The translations under genes and the position numbers were made by a program. DNA of 63,142 nucleotides, filler included, from Chiloscyllium plagiosum (Eukaryota), in assembly GCF_004010195.1 (NCBI RefSeq). It is 4 parts of one record of this genome, joined end to end, with 100 filler letters (N's around TTAATTAATTAA, not from the genome) between each part and the next. Parts side by side here need not be neighbours in the genome. Positions count along the whole stretch, not along the records: positions 40,654 to 50,322 come from NC_057712.1; positions 50,423 to 63,142 come from NC_057712.1; 2 more parts are not named here. One strand, given 5' to 3'. Of the stretch, positions 47,055-59,860 are shown piece after piece (the first letter of the stretch is position 1; each line of letters begins with the position of its first letter). The notes under the pieces are model-generated. The model did not search any database. It was not told the DNA's origin and saw nothing but the letters and a program-made list of their open reading frames with translations.

Positions 47055-49994
47055 ACAGTTGAGCTTTGGACCATTTTCATATCCCTTTCTATCTCTGGAC
47101 CTGACCATTTCAATGCTTGACTGGCCTATATCACAACTACCACCCTTCATAGACTTCAGCTCATCTGAAAGTCTGCCATCGATATCATAATTCACACCAA
47201 ATTCTGTTCATGCTTTGTGCTTGTTGATCTACACTAACTTGGATCCATGACAACAAAGTCTCTTCCTTTATTTGAAACCCATTCATGGCCTCTCTCCTCC
47301 TTAACTCTCCAAGCTTATTACCTCTGAGATTGTCACATTCCTTCTGTTCTGGCTTTACTCCATGATGAGAAGCCACTCCCTTAGCTATCAAGGCCCTTCA
47401 TGCTAGAATTCCCAACGTTAACCTCCCCACTTCTCGCCTGCTCTTATCTTCCTTTAAGGTGGTTCTGAAAACCTTAGACCAAATGTTTGGTCATCACTCC
47501 AAATATCTGTCCATGTGGTGCAATGTCAACTTTTATTTGTTAATGCTTCTGTGAAATACCTTTGGAGGTTTCAGTCCAGTAAAGGTGTTGTGTAAGTGTA
47601 AAACATTGTTCTAGATGACAAATAGTAGGAAGCAAGGACATGTCTATGGGGCTACATTGGAAAAGGGTGAGGATGAATAAACCTATTTTAAGCACTAGCA
47701 TTCAAACCTCGTCAGGTTATCCCTGCTAACTAATTAAGGAATATCAAGTAAAACAAATGCTCTATTTTGAACAAAAAATTAAGTTTTGATATGCTGCCCA
47801 ATCTTGCCAGATTGTGACAGATATTGAATTTGAGGATATGCGAATATTCTTGAGCAGAAACACTTTTCAAAGAGGGGGGGGGGGCGCAATTTTGAGCGCA
47901 ATTTGCAACCACATCAGCAACTGCACCTAAAGCAGTAACTCCAGTGACAGTGTGAATTGTGATTTTGCTAAAGGCCATTTCAAGGCTGTATGATGTTGGA
48001 ACATTTCACTGTGTGAGTTAGTTGTGCATGTGTGTGAGGAGTGCAATGCAGAGAGAGAGCCCATTTATATTTCATATGTGGCTTGTGAAAGAAAAATGCT
48101 AACTCCGAAAGTTTGTGCAAAGCTGATGTACACTGTGTGCTATGCATTTTTCCACAGCCTCATGGTCTGATAAGCCCTTGGGAGAGGGAGAAGCTCCAGC
48201 ACACTTTAAATCACTGCTGATGTAAAAATGATGCATCTGCAATTTGAGAGAGATCTTTTTTTATCATAAATAATTAGCGTTGATTTCCTATTCCTGGGTA
48301 CCTGCCAACTCGCCCTATATGTGATCAAGTATTAATTCTTGAGATGTCGACAAGGCCAGCGTTTATTGTTCTTCCCTTTGACAGGGTCACTCTTGAAGTT
48401 AGTGCCATTGTCATAAAATTGTTGACAAGATTCTTACATTCACCACTAAAGAGCCCCTCAACACTAGCCCCCTCCCCAGTTCTATTCTCCTCCATCTCTA
48501 CTTCCACCATGACTTCCACTTGCCCATTCCAGACCTGAGCCAGTTTCAAACCCCTACCATTCAGGTTGCGTTTGCATTCCCCCTACATTCACGTTGTCCT
48601 TATCTCAGTTCCTGATTTGGCTGCTGCTCCTGGTGGGAGGATTTATGCATTGTTTTAAACTTGCTTCCAGGGTGGGTGACTACACATGAGTCAGTCTGGG
48701 ATTAGTCACAGCCAAATGTTGAGCCTTAGTTTCAATGGGCAGGAGGGATGATGGATGAGATACCAATAAATGGGTCAGGATAATGGGTAACAGCTTCTTC
48801 CTGAGTCTTGGTCCCTTATAATATGAGGACGTCACACGCTGAGTTCAGGTCCGACTCCAATACAAAGCAGAAATGACAGGTCAGCAGTGCAGAGTGAAAC
48901 AGAAATGCTTTAAAATGAATGTGGGAAGTTAGGTCGATGATAATGCAATGATCTCATGATGATAGAGATAGGATTGAAGCAGGTATTAGTTTAGGGTTTA
49001 ATAGGTTTACATGACCAAACTTTCCAAAGAAACACTAAAGCATTATCCTGCTATTCCATGCTTCACTTATGATAAATTGGCTTAATTATTAGAGGGATAG
49101 GAAGAGATCCCACAAGTGATGGACACACACTCAGTGATCCATCTGTTGCTCATCTCTCATTTCTATTTCCATTTTGAAGTTAATGGTATGAGACATTCTG
49201 AAACTGAACGATAATCTGGGCAAGTGTGTGGCTGACAGCATTATGCCAAGAGAACAGTGTACATCACAAAAGGTGTAGAAGGACTGGCTCAGGGTGAATG
49301 ACCTCTTTCTGTGCTCTAAAGATTGTAAACAGATTCCTGAGACAGATGTTTAAACACTGAGAGACCTGATCTCACATTGAACAATAGCTCTCTGTCTTTC
49401 TGTACACACTTCAAGACCACGATTGATTACATTTAATTCTGCAAAACTATTTTCACAGATCTAAGGAAAACACAATTGCATTTTTGTTATTAAATAATTT
49501 CACTCTTGCAATAAAGTTAACTTTCTACTTTATTAATATATTGTTGATAATAAATTCACTGAATATTTGTTTCATGTGTCTATGCACAACGTTTAAGTGC
49601 AGTACTTCACGAAGATACCTGAAACATTTATACCTGTGTGCATCTCGACTAAAGTGATGGAGCATACAATTGGCTGATTAATGATTTAATGGGTGGCAGA
49701 AGCTAACAGGGATCACCCCAAGTGTATTCCCAAACACTGGAAGATCCTGGGAATGTTCCAAGTCTATTTCCATCCATTGATGGTTCTATCATTGTCAATG
49801 CCAGAAGCACCCTGAGTCCAGTTCCATCCATTACCAGGTTGGTCAAGGGAGCTTGATTTGGGGTCCCAGAAGCCTCGTCTCCCTAGAGAAAGGACATTTA
49901 CACCAAACCAAGCCTTACTATCAGCATAGATTGAAGTGTTGGCCATCTTGAAAGCTTGGCAGACAGTCAACAATCAACCTGTCAACTAACTGTC

Positions 49995-50642
49995 AACAGT
50001 TGTTATGGGGGATTTCAACCTGCAGGTAGACTGGGAGAATCAGGATGGTATTGGACCTCAAGAAAGAGACTTTGTGGAGTGCCTCAGAGATGGATTCTTA
50101 GAACAGCTGGTACTGGAGCCTACCAGGGAGAAGGCAATTCTGGATCTGGTATTGTGCAACGAACCAGAATTGATCAGGGACCTCGAAGTGAAGGAGCCAT
50201 TGGGAAGTAGTAACCATAATCCAATAAGTTACAATCTGCAATTTGAGAGGGAGAGAGTACAATCGGAAGTGATAATATTTCTGTTGAATAAAGGGAATAA
50301 TGGAGCTATGAGGGAGGAGCTGNNNNNNNNNNNNNNNNNNNNNNNNNNNNNNNNNNNNNNNNNNNNTTAATTAATTAANNNNNNNNNNNNNNNNNNNNNN
50401 NNNNNNNNNNNNNNNNNNNNNNCAGAGGGTGGTACGTGTATGGAATGAGCTGCCAGAGGAAGTGGTGGAGGCTGGTACAATTGCAACTTTTAAGAGGCAT
50501 TTGGATGGGTATATGAATAGGAAGGGTTTGGAGGGATATGGGCTGGGTGCTGGCAGGTGGGACTAGATTGGGTTGGGATATCTGGTCAGCATGGACGGGT
50601 TGGACTGAAGGGTCTGTCTCCATGCTGTACATCTCTATGACT
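49995..50642 (+). mobile_element. CR1 LINE fragments either side of a gap (APE part 49995-50322; HER1-like 3' end 50423-50642)
   Basis: MGDFNLQVDW..EPTREKAILDLVLCN..LGSSNHN (APE); RVVRVWNELPEEVVEAG and tail atctctatgact. Confidence 0.88.
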
Positions 50643-50925
50643 GACACTGGGCACTGACTGACACTGGGCACTGACTGACACTGGGCACTGACACTGGCAC
50701 TTGGTGCTGACTGACACTGGGCCCTGACTGACACTAGGCACTGACTGACACTAGGCACTGACTGACACTAGGCACTGACTGACAGCGCACTGACTGACAC
50801 TGGCACTAGCTGCTGACTGACACTGGTCTCTGATGCTGGGCACTGATGGACACTGGTCACTTATATACAGAGGCCACTGACTGAACCTGGGTACATGCAT
50901 TTGTCACTGACTGACATTTGACAGA
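50640..50925. repeat. Minisatellite with 17-bp unit actgacact(g/a)ggcactg, decaying rightwards
   Basis: Directly visible tandem units starting at the CR1 tail. Confidence 0.85.
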
Positions 50926-50979
50926 TAACAGACATTGAAAAAATACTGACCTAAAGTGAATACTCTCTCTGTACATTGT

Positions 50980-51193
50980 TAAAAAATTACACAACATCAG
51001 GTTATAGTCCCAACAGGTTTATTTGGAAGTACTAGCTTTCAGAGCGCTGCTCCTTCATCAGGTGACTAGTTAGCCGATGAAAGAACAGCACTTTGAAAAC
51101 TAGTACTTCCAAATAAACCTGTTGGGACTATAACCTGGTGTTGTGCGATTTTTAACTTTGTCCACCCCAGTCCATCACCAGCACCTCCACATT
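50980..51193. mobile_element. Palindromic Penelope-derived insertion (second family) with about 12-bp TSD
   Basis: TSD tctgta(c/t)attgt at 50968-50979 and 51194-51205; arms of about 85 bp around 51063-51073. Confidence 0.85.
51033..51061 (-). ncRNA. Minimal type I hammerhead ribozyme motif, Penelope type
   Basis: Minus strand CTGATGA-a-GGAGC-agc-GCTCT-GAAA-gc-TA. Confidence 0.7.
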
Positions 51194-51507
51194 TCTGTAT
51201 ATTGTCCAAGACTGGATATTATCTGACGCTGGGCACTGACACTGAGCTGTCAGTATAAATGACCTGCAATTTGGGAAAAAAAGGGACATTATTCTTTATG
51301 GTGGGACAGGGAGAGTACATTCTGAAAAGATTTTAATCTAAGATTGTTGAAAATCGGGCTTCTTTGAAAATAGAACTTTCCTAGTATTTACTGTGTAGCA
51401 TAAAATTTCATTTAACAGCTATACATTTCAAAATTATAGCGTGCGAAAATAAAGAGAAGGATAACAAGAAAAACACCTATTGTTCTGACCTGTTTGTTCT
51501 TTGAAAG

Positions 51508-51643
51508 TCATGATTTGGAGGTGCTGGTTTTAGACTGGATGTAAAAAGTTAAAAACCACCTGATGAAGGAGCAGTGCTCCGAAAGCTAGTGCTTCTAAAT
51601 GAATCTGTTGGACTATAATCTGGTGGTGTGTGATTTAAACTTC
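51508..51643 (+). mobile_element. 136-bp Penelope-derived mini element with 12-bp TSD and intact hammerhead core
   Basis: Perfect TSD gttctttgaaag at 51496-51507 and 51644-51655. Confidence 0.85.
51560..51588 (+). ncRNA. Minimal type I hammerhead ribozyme motif, Penelope type
   Basis: cac-CTGATGA-a-GGAGC-agt-GCTCC-GAAA-gc-TA-gtg: intact core, perfect 5-bp stem II, palindromic AGCT in place of stem III, 3-bp stem I (cac/gtg). Confidence 0.8.
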
Positions 51644-51789
51644 GTTCTTTGAAAGAATGGTAAACTCACCCTCAGGCAAGGGGACAATAATCATGTTACC
51701 TCATGAGCAGCTGGCCTTTGGCCATTGGCCAAAAGCGTTCAGATAATTGATTGATCTAGTTACCCGCCCCTAGAAATATGATATAACAA

Positions 51790-52620
51790 TAAGTGCTTAG
51801 AGCATAGGGAAAGAGAAGGTTGGTAAAAATGAATGTAGGTTCCTTACAGTCAGAAACTGAGGAATTTGTAATGAGGTACAGTGCTGTGGTTGGTGAACTA
51901 AATTCATACTTCGCTTCTGTCTTCACAAAGGAGGACATGAGAAAATTAGTCAGCAGACAGGAACAAAAGATTAGGGATAAATGGATCTTTTGGAATGGAA
52001 TGGCAAACAGTGACTGGTGGGTGCTGCAGGGATCAGATTAGTACAAGGACCCAGCTATTCACAAATGTGCTAATGATTTAGATGAGGGAGCTAAATGTAA
52101 TATTCCAACATTTGCAGATGACACAAAGCTGGGTAAAAAGGTGAGCTGTGAGGAGGATGCAGACATGTTGCAATGTGATTTGGACAGGATGAATAAGTGG
52201 GCAAATGCATGGCAGAATTAGAATAATGTGGATAAATGTGAGGTTATCCACTTTGGTAGCAAAAATAGCAAGGCAGATTATGATTTGAATGGCTGTAAAT
52301 TGAGACAGGGGAATGTTGGCAGAGTCCAGAGCCAGGGGTCATAGTTTAAGGATAAGGGGTAAACCTTTTAGGACTGAGATGAGGAAAGTTTGATCACCCA
52401 GAGAATGGTGAGTGTGTAGAATTTAGTACTAGAGGAAGTGGTTGAGACCAAGACTTTATGGGTTTTCAAGAAAGAGATGGCTATAGTTCTTGTGGCTAAG
52501 GGGATCAAGGGATCTGGGAGATGGCGAGTTTAGGATATTGAGCTTGATGATCAACCATGAACATAATGAATGGTGCAGCAGTCTCGAGGGGCCAGACGGC
52601 CTACTCCTATCTTCTGTGTT
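51790..52620 (+). mobile_element. Internally deleted CR1 LINE
   Basis: ELNSYFASVFTKED, FADDTKLG and CR1 tail ggcctactcct. Confidence 0.8.
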
Positions 52621-53339
52621 TCTCTGAGTTCATATCCAGATGGAAAATGGACCAGAGGAAGAGGATGAAGTATAGGGAAAAGTACCCTAACACACCAGAT
52701 GGAGAGCAGGATAACTTTAATGAGACCAACACACAGCCTTTTTGGCATCTGATATCAGTGAATCATTCCCAATTGTCATGGTCATTTTTTTTTTCAATAA
52801 TCCAATTTACTGATATATCATATCTAAATTTCACTTTTTAACAAACTCAAGAAATTTACGAATTGTTGACCTCCTATATTAGATAACTGTGACCATAAAC
52901 TTTTTAATATCAACCAGCTCTGCCAGCAGGAGTCGGCAATTAACAGACATAGATTTTAGATAATTGGCAAAACATTTAGGGAAAGAGCCAGCATAGGTAC
53001 AATGGGCCAAATGGCCTCCTTCTGAAGTCTATCATTCAATGAATCAATCATGTGCATAATTCCTAAAGTTGAAGTGGAATCTGAATATTCTGTCTCTGTT
53101 AGGATTATTGCAATATGTACAATTATACAAACTTATTGAGAATCAGCTGTGGTCCAGTGGCTGGAGTTCTTGCCATATCTAATGGTCTTCAGTTCAATCC
53201 TCACTCCAGAGATGTGGGCACATGATGCAGGCTGGCATTCCCAGTATAACACTCACAGGGAGTGCTGGCTGAGAGAAATACTGCCTTTCAGAGGAAATGT
53301 TAGCAGGCAGATGCAAATACTTTTCCTTCTGCGATTTAG

Positions 53340-53989
53340 TGTCACAAAGCTAGTCCTTTTTTTTCTAAAAGCTGTTCTTTGGCTCAAGGAGACTCTGTCC
53401 TGATTTTTTTCAGAGGGGAAATTAACCAGGCCAAACTCCTATCAGATTGTTTTGGTGCAGAGATGAAAAGGATTTTGAGATGCCTTTTGTTTATATGTAA
53501 ACAGATGAGACTTCAGGCCAAAGTGGTCACGTTTTAGAAGTGACCTGTGTAAAGAGAGGGGAGTGGTCAGCTATTTAGCTAGCTGAGCTGAGCAGGTTTT
53601 AGTTCAGTCTTGAACTGGGAAGTTCAACAGGGAGCTGTGTTGAAACTCTCTCTCTCTTTTCTGCCCTTCAACTTCAACCTGTAAGCACATGATCCATTTA
53701 AACTGGGTTTTAAAGGGAGTTTGCTTATTGGGACTGTTCTGTGTATTTGGAACAGCATAATTAAGTCTAGCTGGATAGGTTGAGTTCTGTAGGGGTTCTT
53801 AATTCTGTTCATTGTGTTTCATTGTGTAATTTTGTAAATTAATGTTTTGTCTGTTTTAAAATCTAGTGGTCAACCTAGCTATCTTACTCTAGGTAATTTT
53901 CATTGTACACTCACCGAAACAAATTGCAAAGTTAGGTCTAGGGCTGCCTGCGTAAGAATGTTTTGAGTAGTCTGGCCTAATCAATAACA
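53340..53989 (+). mobile_element. 5' LTR (about 650 bp) of a Gmr1-like Ty3/Gypsy retrotransposon
   Basis: Begins TGTCAC, ends ATAACA, followed at 53993 by tgggggctc (partial tRNA-Pro primer-binding site) and the gag ATG at 54090; left boundary less certain. Confidence 0.7.
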
Positions 53990-54089
53990 GTCTGGGGGCT
54001 CTTTGCAGGATTTTAAACAGCAAGTGGTAGGTGCTAGTGTTTTTATTTCTGGTGTTAGTTTGGTTGGGTACACAGAGCTTGGGATAATA

Positions 54090-54388
54090 ATGGCTCTTTC
54101 AGTCGCCAAAAGTTTTCTGGATGGGGATACGGTGACCTTGGAAGTTTTGCAAAAAGTGAGTAAGACCAAGTTGCAAGAATTAACAGAGAAGCTGGAATTG
54201 GAACTGCCTGCTTCTGTAAGGAATACAATAGTAGCTCTGCAATTAAACTTGCTGGAGAAACTATCAGAATCTATAAAGATGGCAAGAATTCATTTGCAAA
54301 TGAATCAGCTTGAGTTAGAGGTAAGAGATAAGGAAAAGGCAGCAGAAATGAAACAGTTTGAGTTACGATTAGAAGTGGAAGAGAGGGA
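54090..54388 (+). mobile_element. Gmr1-like gag N-terminal part, interrupted by L1
   Basis: MALSVAKSFL...KTKLQELTEKLEL...MKQFELRLEVEER; frame continues at 61744 after removing the L1 and one TSD. Confidence 0.8.
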
Positions 54389-55274
54389 CTCGGCAAGATG
54401 GCGGCGATTCTGTAGAACTGCTGTGGACAGCTCTGCCTAACAGCCAAGGCATGCTGGTGTTTTTTGCCATCCCTGGCCAACTTATGTGGTGGAATTATTA
54501 TTATAAAACCTTACAGAACACATACTTGTTAATATTTGGGAGTGGGAAGAATGCCAAAGAGAAAAGGAGCAAGCAAACAGCAGCAGGGAGGACACTCCCC
54601 TGCAGCACCTACCACACCAGAGACTGCAGCAGGAGCAGCCTCTCCTGAGCCCCCCGGGGACCTGACAGACTCACAGGAATTGGCTGCGGCGATGGAGAGA
54701 CTTAACTTGAAAGTTGGGGCTGCGATTAAGGAGATCCGTGGGGAGATTCCTGCCCAGGTCCAACCTATTGCGTCCATGCTACAGAAGCATTAGCAGGAGA
54801 TGCAGGGCCTCGGGGAGCGGCTGGAGGAGGTGCAGGGTTGTACTAAGGCTTCAGAAGCTGCGATGGAGTCCTCATCCAGTCAGATCTGGGTGCTGCAGCG
54901 AGAGGTGCGGACCTTTTGAAACCATATTGACAACTTCGAAAATCGAGGTCAGACGATAAATCTCCAAATTGTCGAGCTCCCTGAAGGTGAGGAAGGTGAG
55001 CAGCCTGTCAGTTTCTTTGAAAGCTGGCTGCCGAAGTTTTTGGGCCTTTAGATCGAATCCAGCAGGCTGCAGATTGAAAGGGAGTATTTGGTTACAGTGC
55101 ACAGGTCAGGGCCAGTGCAGCGCCCCCGCCCAGTCCCAGTGCGCTTCCACTCATATAAGGACAAGCAAAAAGTCATAGAAGCTTCCAGATCCCTGGGAAA
55201 AGATCCATAGGCACTGCTGTACAAGGGTTCAAATATCATGTTTTTCCAGGATTTCTCTGCAGCTTTAATTAAGT

Positions 55275-55577
55275 TTAGATTAAATTAGATTACTTACAGT
55301 GTGGAAACAGGCCCTTTGGCCCAACAAGTCCACACCGACCCTCCGAAGAGCAACCCACACAGATCCATTCCCCTACATTTACCCCTTCATCTAACACTAC
55401 GGGCAATTTAGCATGGCCAATTCACCTAACCCTGTACATTTTTTGGACTGTGGGAGGAAACCGGAGCACCCGGAGGAAACCCACGCAGACACGGAGAGAA
55501 TGTGCAAACTCCACACAGACAGTCGCCTGACGCGGGAATTGAACCCGGGTCTCTGGTGTTGTGAGGCAGCAGTGGTT
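55275..55577 (-). mobile_element. HE1-type V-SINE nested in L1 ORF1
   Basis: Near-identical to 43561-43870, 5' end clipped. Confidence 0.9.
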
Positions 55578-55579
55578 AT

Positions 55580-56372
55580 CTCAGAGACCTTGATCAGATG
55601 GGCCAAGGAGTAGTAGTTGAAGTTTAACTTAGATAAATGTGAAGTGTTGTATTTTGGGAAGGAAAATCAGGGCAGGACTTATACACTTAATGGTAGGGAC
55701 CTGGGCAGTGTTGCCGAACAAAGAATCACTGGGTGCAGATTTACTGTTCCTTGAAAGTGGAGTCACAAGTCGATGGGGTAGAATGGCATTTGGTATTCTT
55801 GCCTCTAATGATCAGTGCATTCAGTACAGGAGTGGGAATGTCATGTTGCAGCCATACAGGACATTGGTTAGACCACTTTTCGAATACTGCATTCAATTCT
55901 GGTCTCCCTTTACAGGAAAGATGTTGAACTCGAACTATAGGGAGAGGCTAAATACCCGAGGGCTATTTTCTGTGGAGTGTCAGAGGCTGAAAGGTGGCCT
56001 TACAGAAGTTTATAAAATCATGATGGGCATGGATAGGGTGAATAGCCAATGTCTTTTTCCCACGGTAGAGCAGTCAAAAAACTAAAGGGCACAAATTTAA
56101 GATGAGAGGGGCAAGATTTAAAAGGGACCTAAGGGGCAACTTTTTCTTGCAGAGGATGGTGTGTATATGGAATGAGCTACCAGAGGAAGTGGTGAAGGTG
56201 GGTACAATTACAACATTTGATAAGCATCTGGATAGGTACATGATTAGGAAAGGTTTAGAGGGATATGGATCAAATGGTGGCAAAAGGGATGAGATCAACA
56301 TGGTCTGGTCAACATGGACGAATTAGACTGAAGAGACTATTTCTATGCTGTACAACTATATGACATTATGAC
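55580..56372 (+). mobile_element. HER1-like CR1 LINE 3' part
   Basis: YRTLVRPLFEYCIQFWSP, FKRDLRGNFFLQRMVCIWNELPEE and tail. Confidence 0.88.
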
Positions 56373-57478
56373 TCCAACAGACCATTAAGAGGAAAGCAAA
56401 AGACTCTTGGTAGAATCTACTCTTCATTTTTCATCTACTGCAACATAACATGTAATTTTTTTTCATGTATTTCTCACTTCCCTTCCGAGGCAAGACTGTC
56501 AGGCCTATAGATACAAAATTTTGTGAAGAAAGAGTCTGGAATGTAATCAGGCTTTTCATTCATAAATGAACCTAAAAAAACAGTTGGCCAAAAATAAAAA
56601 AAATCACAAAGCAGCAGGAATAATTATTGCCTTTAGAAATATGCCAAATAATGTTGTTGTATAATCTATTGCACAAATGGAAGTCATTCCACAACTGAGT
56701 CGCTGCTTTGGAAGAACTATTCAATTAGTCCCACTTAAGAATCATAAAATCACTGTGGCACAGAAGGAGAACACTAGGCACATCAAATCCATGCCAACTC
56801 TGTACAGTAATTCTATCAGTTCCATTCCACCATGCTGCACTGCATAATGCAATTTATTCCTTCTTCAAGAATAACTCTGAATTAATGCAAAGAAAACACC
56901 AGTTAGTGTGAATAACATTCAGTATTTTTTTTTTAGGGATTATTAAATTATAATTCCATCCTTTAACAACAAAGAGCACAATAACAGACTCTTTCTTAGC
57001 TGTCCTAACCCTTTCCGATAAAATTGAATATTGAATAAAAATCACTTTCCCACAAGAAAATATGTAATACGGTAGGTTATGTGTTTATGACCGGTTAATA
57101 AATTTTTACATCAAAAGGTTGCTGGCTAGCTCGATCGCAACAGGCCTAAAAAAATCTTCTCACTTAATTTTAAAAATTCTGATAACTCAATTACTCCTGC
57201 TACCCTGCCCACCTCTTCCAACTCTTCTATTATCCTATCGTGATCCTTCCATTGTCACTTCCTGACAGTCTACTTCTATATCATTTGTTGCACCTCTCAT
57301 TCCCTCACTCATTAAGTTCCTTTCACTGCCCTCTCAGTCCTCACTCATGGCAGAGGCTTGAGACTGGGGCAATGAACAAGGTGGCAAACAGAAAACAGCA
57401 AGATTTTGGGATGGGGAAAATGACAAGCAGGAGAGTTGGGGGGGAAGTAAATAAATGAGTGGGAGGGAGAATGAGGAG

Positions 57479-57978
57479 NNNNNNNNNNNNNNNNNNNNNN
57501 NNNNNNNNNNNNNNNNNNNNNNNNNNNNNNNNNNNNNNNNNNNNNNNNNNNNNNNNNNNNNNNNNNNNNNNNNNNNNNNNNNNNNNNNNNNNNNNNNNNN
57601 NNNNNNNNNNNNNNNNNNNNNNNNNNNNNNNNNNNNNNNNNNNNNNNNNNNNNNNNNNNNNNNNNNNNNNNNNNNNNNNNNNNNNNNNNNNNNNNNNNNN
57701 NNNNNNNNNNNNNNNNNNNNNNNNNNNNNNNNNNNNNNNNNNNNNNNNNNNNNNNNNNNNNNNNNNNNNNNNNNNNNNNNNNNNNNNNNNNNNNNNNNNN
57801 NNNNNNNNNNNNNNNNNNNNNNNNNNNNNNNNNNNNNNNNNNNNNNNNNNNNNNNNNNNNNNNNNNNNNNNNNNNNNNNNNNNNNNNNNNNNNNNNNNNN
57901 NNNNNNNNNNNNNNNNNNNNNNNNNNNNNNNNNNNNNNNNNNNNNNNNNNNNNNNNNNNNNNNNNNNNNNNNNNNNNN
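57479..57978. other. Assembly gap (500 N)
   Basis: Run of N; another plain gap at 40982-41090. Confidence 0.99.
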
Positions 57979-59860
57979 GAGTATTGAGTACAGGGGTTGG
58001 GAGGTCATGTGACTGTACAGAACATTGGGTCCGGCTACTGTTTTAATATTGTGTGCAGTTCTGGTCTCCTTCCTATCGGAAATATGTTGTGAAACTTGAA
58101 AGGGTTCAGAAAAGATTTACAAGGATGTTGGCAGGGTTGGAGGATTTGAGCTATAGGGAGAGGCTGAACAGTCTGGGGCTGTTTTTCCTGGATCGTCGGA
58201 GGCTGAGGGGTGACCTTGTCGAGGTTTACAAGGGGAGGTCATGCCTGACAAATCTGTTGGAGTTCTTTGAAGAGGTGACAAGTAGGTTAGACCGGGGAAA
58301 CCCAGTGGATGTGGTCTACCTAGACTTCCAAAAGGCCTTTGATAAGGTGCCACACTGGAGGCTGCTGAGCAAGGTGAGGGCCCATGGTGTTCGAGGTGAG
58401 CTACTGGTATGGATTGAGGATTGGCTGTCTGATAGAAAGCAGAGAGTTGGGATAAAAGGTTCTTTTTTGGAATGGCAGCAGGTGACAAGCGGTGTCCCGC
58501 AAGGTTCACTGTTGGGGCCGCAGCTGTTCACATTATATATTAATGATCTGGATGAAGGGACTGGGGGCATTCTAGCAAAGTTTGCCGATGATACAAAGTT
58601 AGGTGGACAGGCAGGTAGTACTGAGGAAGTGGGGAGGCTACAGAAGGATCTAGACATTTTGGAAGCGTGGTCCAGGAAATGGCTGATGGAATTCAATGTG
58701 AGCAAATGCGAGGTCTTGCACTTTGGAAAAAAGAATACAAGCATGGACTACTTTCGAAACGGTGAGAAAATTCGTAAAGCCAAAGTACAGAGGGATCTGG
58801 GAGTGCTAGTTGAGGATTCTCTAAAGGTAAACCTGCAGGTTGAGTCCATGATTAAGAAAGCGAATGTAATGTTGTCAATTATTCAAGAGGGTTGGAATAT
58901 AAAAGCACCGTTGTGCTACTGAGACTTTATAAAGCTCTGGTTAGGCCCCATTTGGAGTACTGTGTCCAGTTTTGGTCCCCACACCTCAGGAAGGACATAC
59001 TGGCATTGGAGCGTGTCCAGCGGAGATTTCACATGGATGATCCGTGGAATGGTATGTCTAACATATGAGGAACGGCTGAGAATCCTGGGATTGTATTCAT
59101 TGGAGTTTAGAATATTAAGGGGAGATCTAATAGAAACTTACAAGATAATATATGGCTTGGAGAGGGTGGACGCTAGGAAATTGTTACCATTAGGCGAGGA
59201 GACTAGGACCCGTGGACACAGCCTTAGAATTAGAGGGGGTAAATTCAGAACAGAAATGCGGAGACATTTCTTCAGCCAGAGAGTGGTGGGCCTGTGGAAT
59301 TCATTGCGGCAGAGTGCAGTGGAGGCAGGGACGCTAAATGTCTTCAAGGCAGAGATTGATAAACTCTTGATGTCACAAGGAATTAAGGATTACGGGGAGA
59401 ATGCGGGTAAGTGGAGTTGAAATGCCCATCAGCCATGATTGAATGGCGGAGTGGACTCGATGGGCCAAATGGCCTTACTTCCGCTCCTATGTCTTATGGT
59501 CTTAAAATTATGAGGGGCATGGATATGATAAATAGACAAAGTCTTTTCCCTGGGGTTGGAGAGTTCCGAACTAGAGGGCATAGGTTTAGGATGAAAGGGG
59601 AAAGATATAAAAGAGACCTAAGGGGCAACGTTTTCATGAAGAGGGTGGTATGTGTATGGAATGAGCTGCCAGAGGAAATGGTGGAGGCTGGTACAATTGC
59701 AGCACTTAAGAGGCATTTGGATGGGTATATGAATAGGAAGGGTTTGGAGGGAAATGGGATTGGTGCTGGCAGGTTGGACTAGATTGGGTTGGGATATCTG
59801 GTCGGCATGGACGGGCTGGACTGAAGGGTCTGTTTCCATGCTGTACATCTCTATGACTAT
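57979..59860 (+). mobile_element. HER1-like CR1 split by a second young CR1 (about 58230-59502)
   Basis: Host reads gaggtttaca|aaattatgagggg across the insert. Insert encodes GRSCLTNLLEFFE..YLDFQKAFDKV..GVPQGSLLGP..KFADDTKLGG and ends cctatgtcttatggtctt. Confidence 0.9.

Noticed and set aside
50640..50925. Regularly spaced short repeats as a CRISPR-like array
   Set aside because: Units abut without unique spacers, the context is a vertebrate intron, and no cas genes are present.
57334..58046. Long ORFs of 185-224 aa
   Set aside because: Made almost entirely of N gap.
58053..58922. Longest ORF (289 aa), RT-like, with apparently permuted domain order
   Set aside because: Chance in-frame junction between a host CR1 3' part and a nested 5'-truncated CR1; not a novel RT gene.
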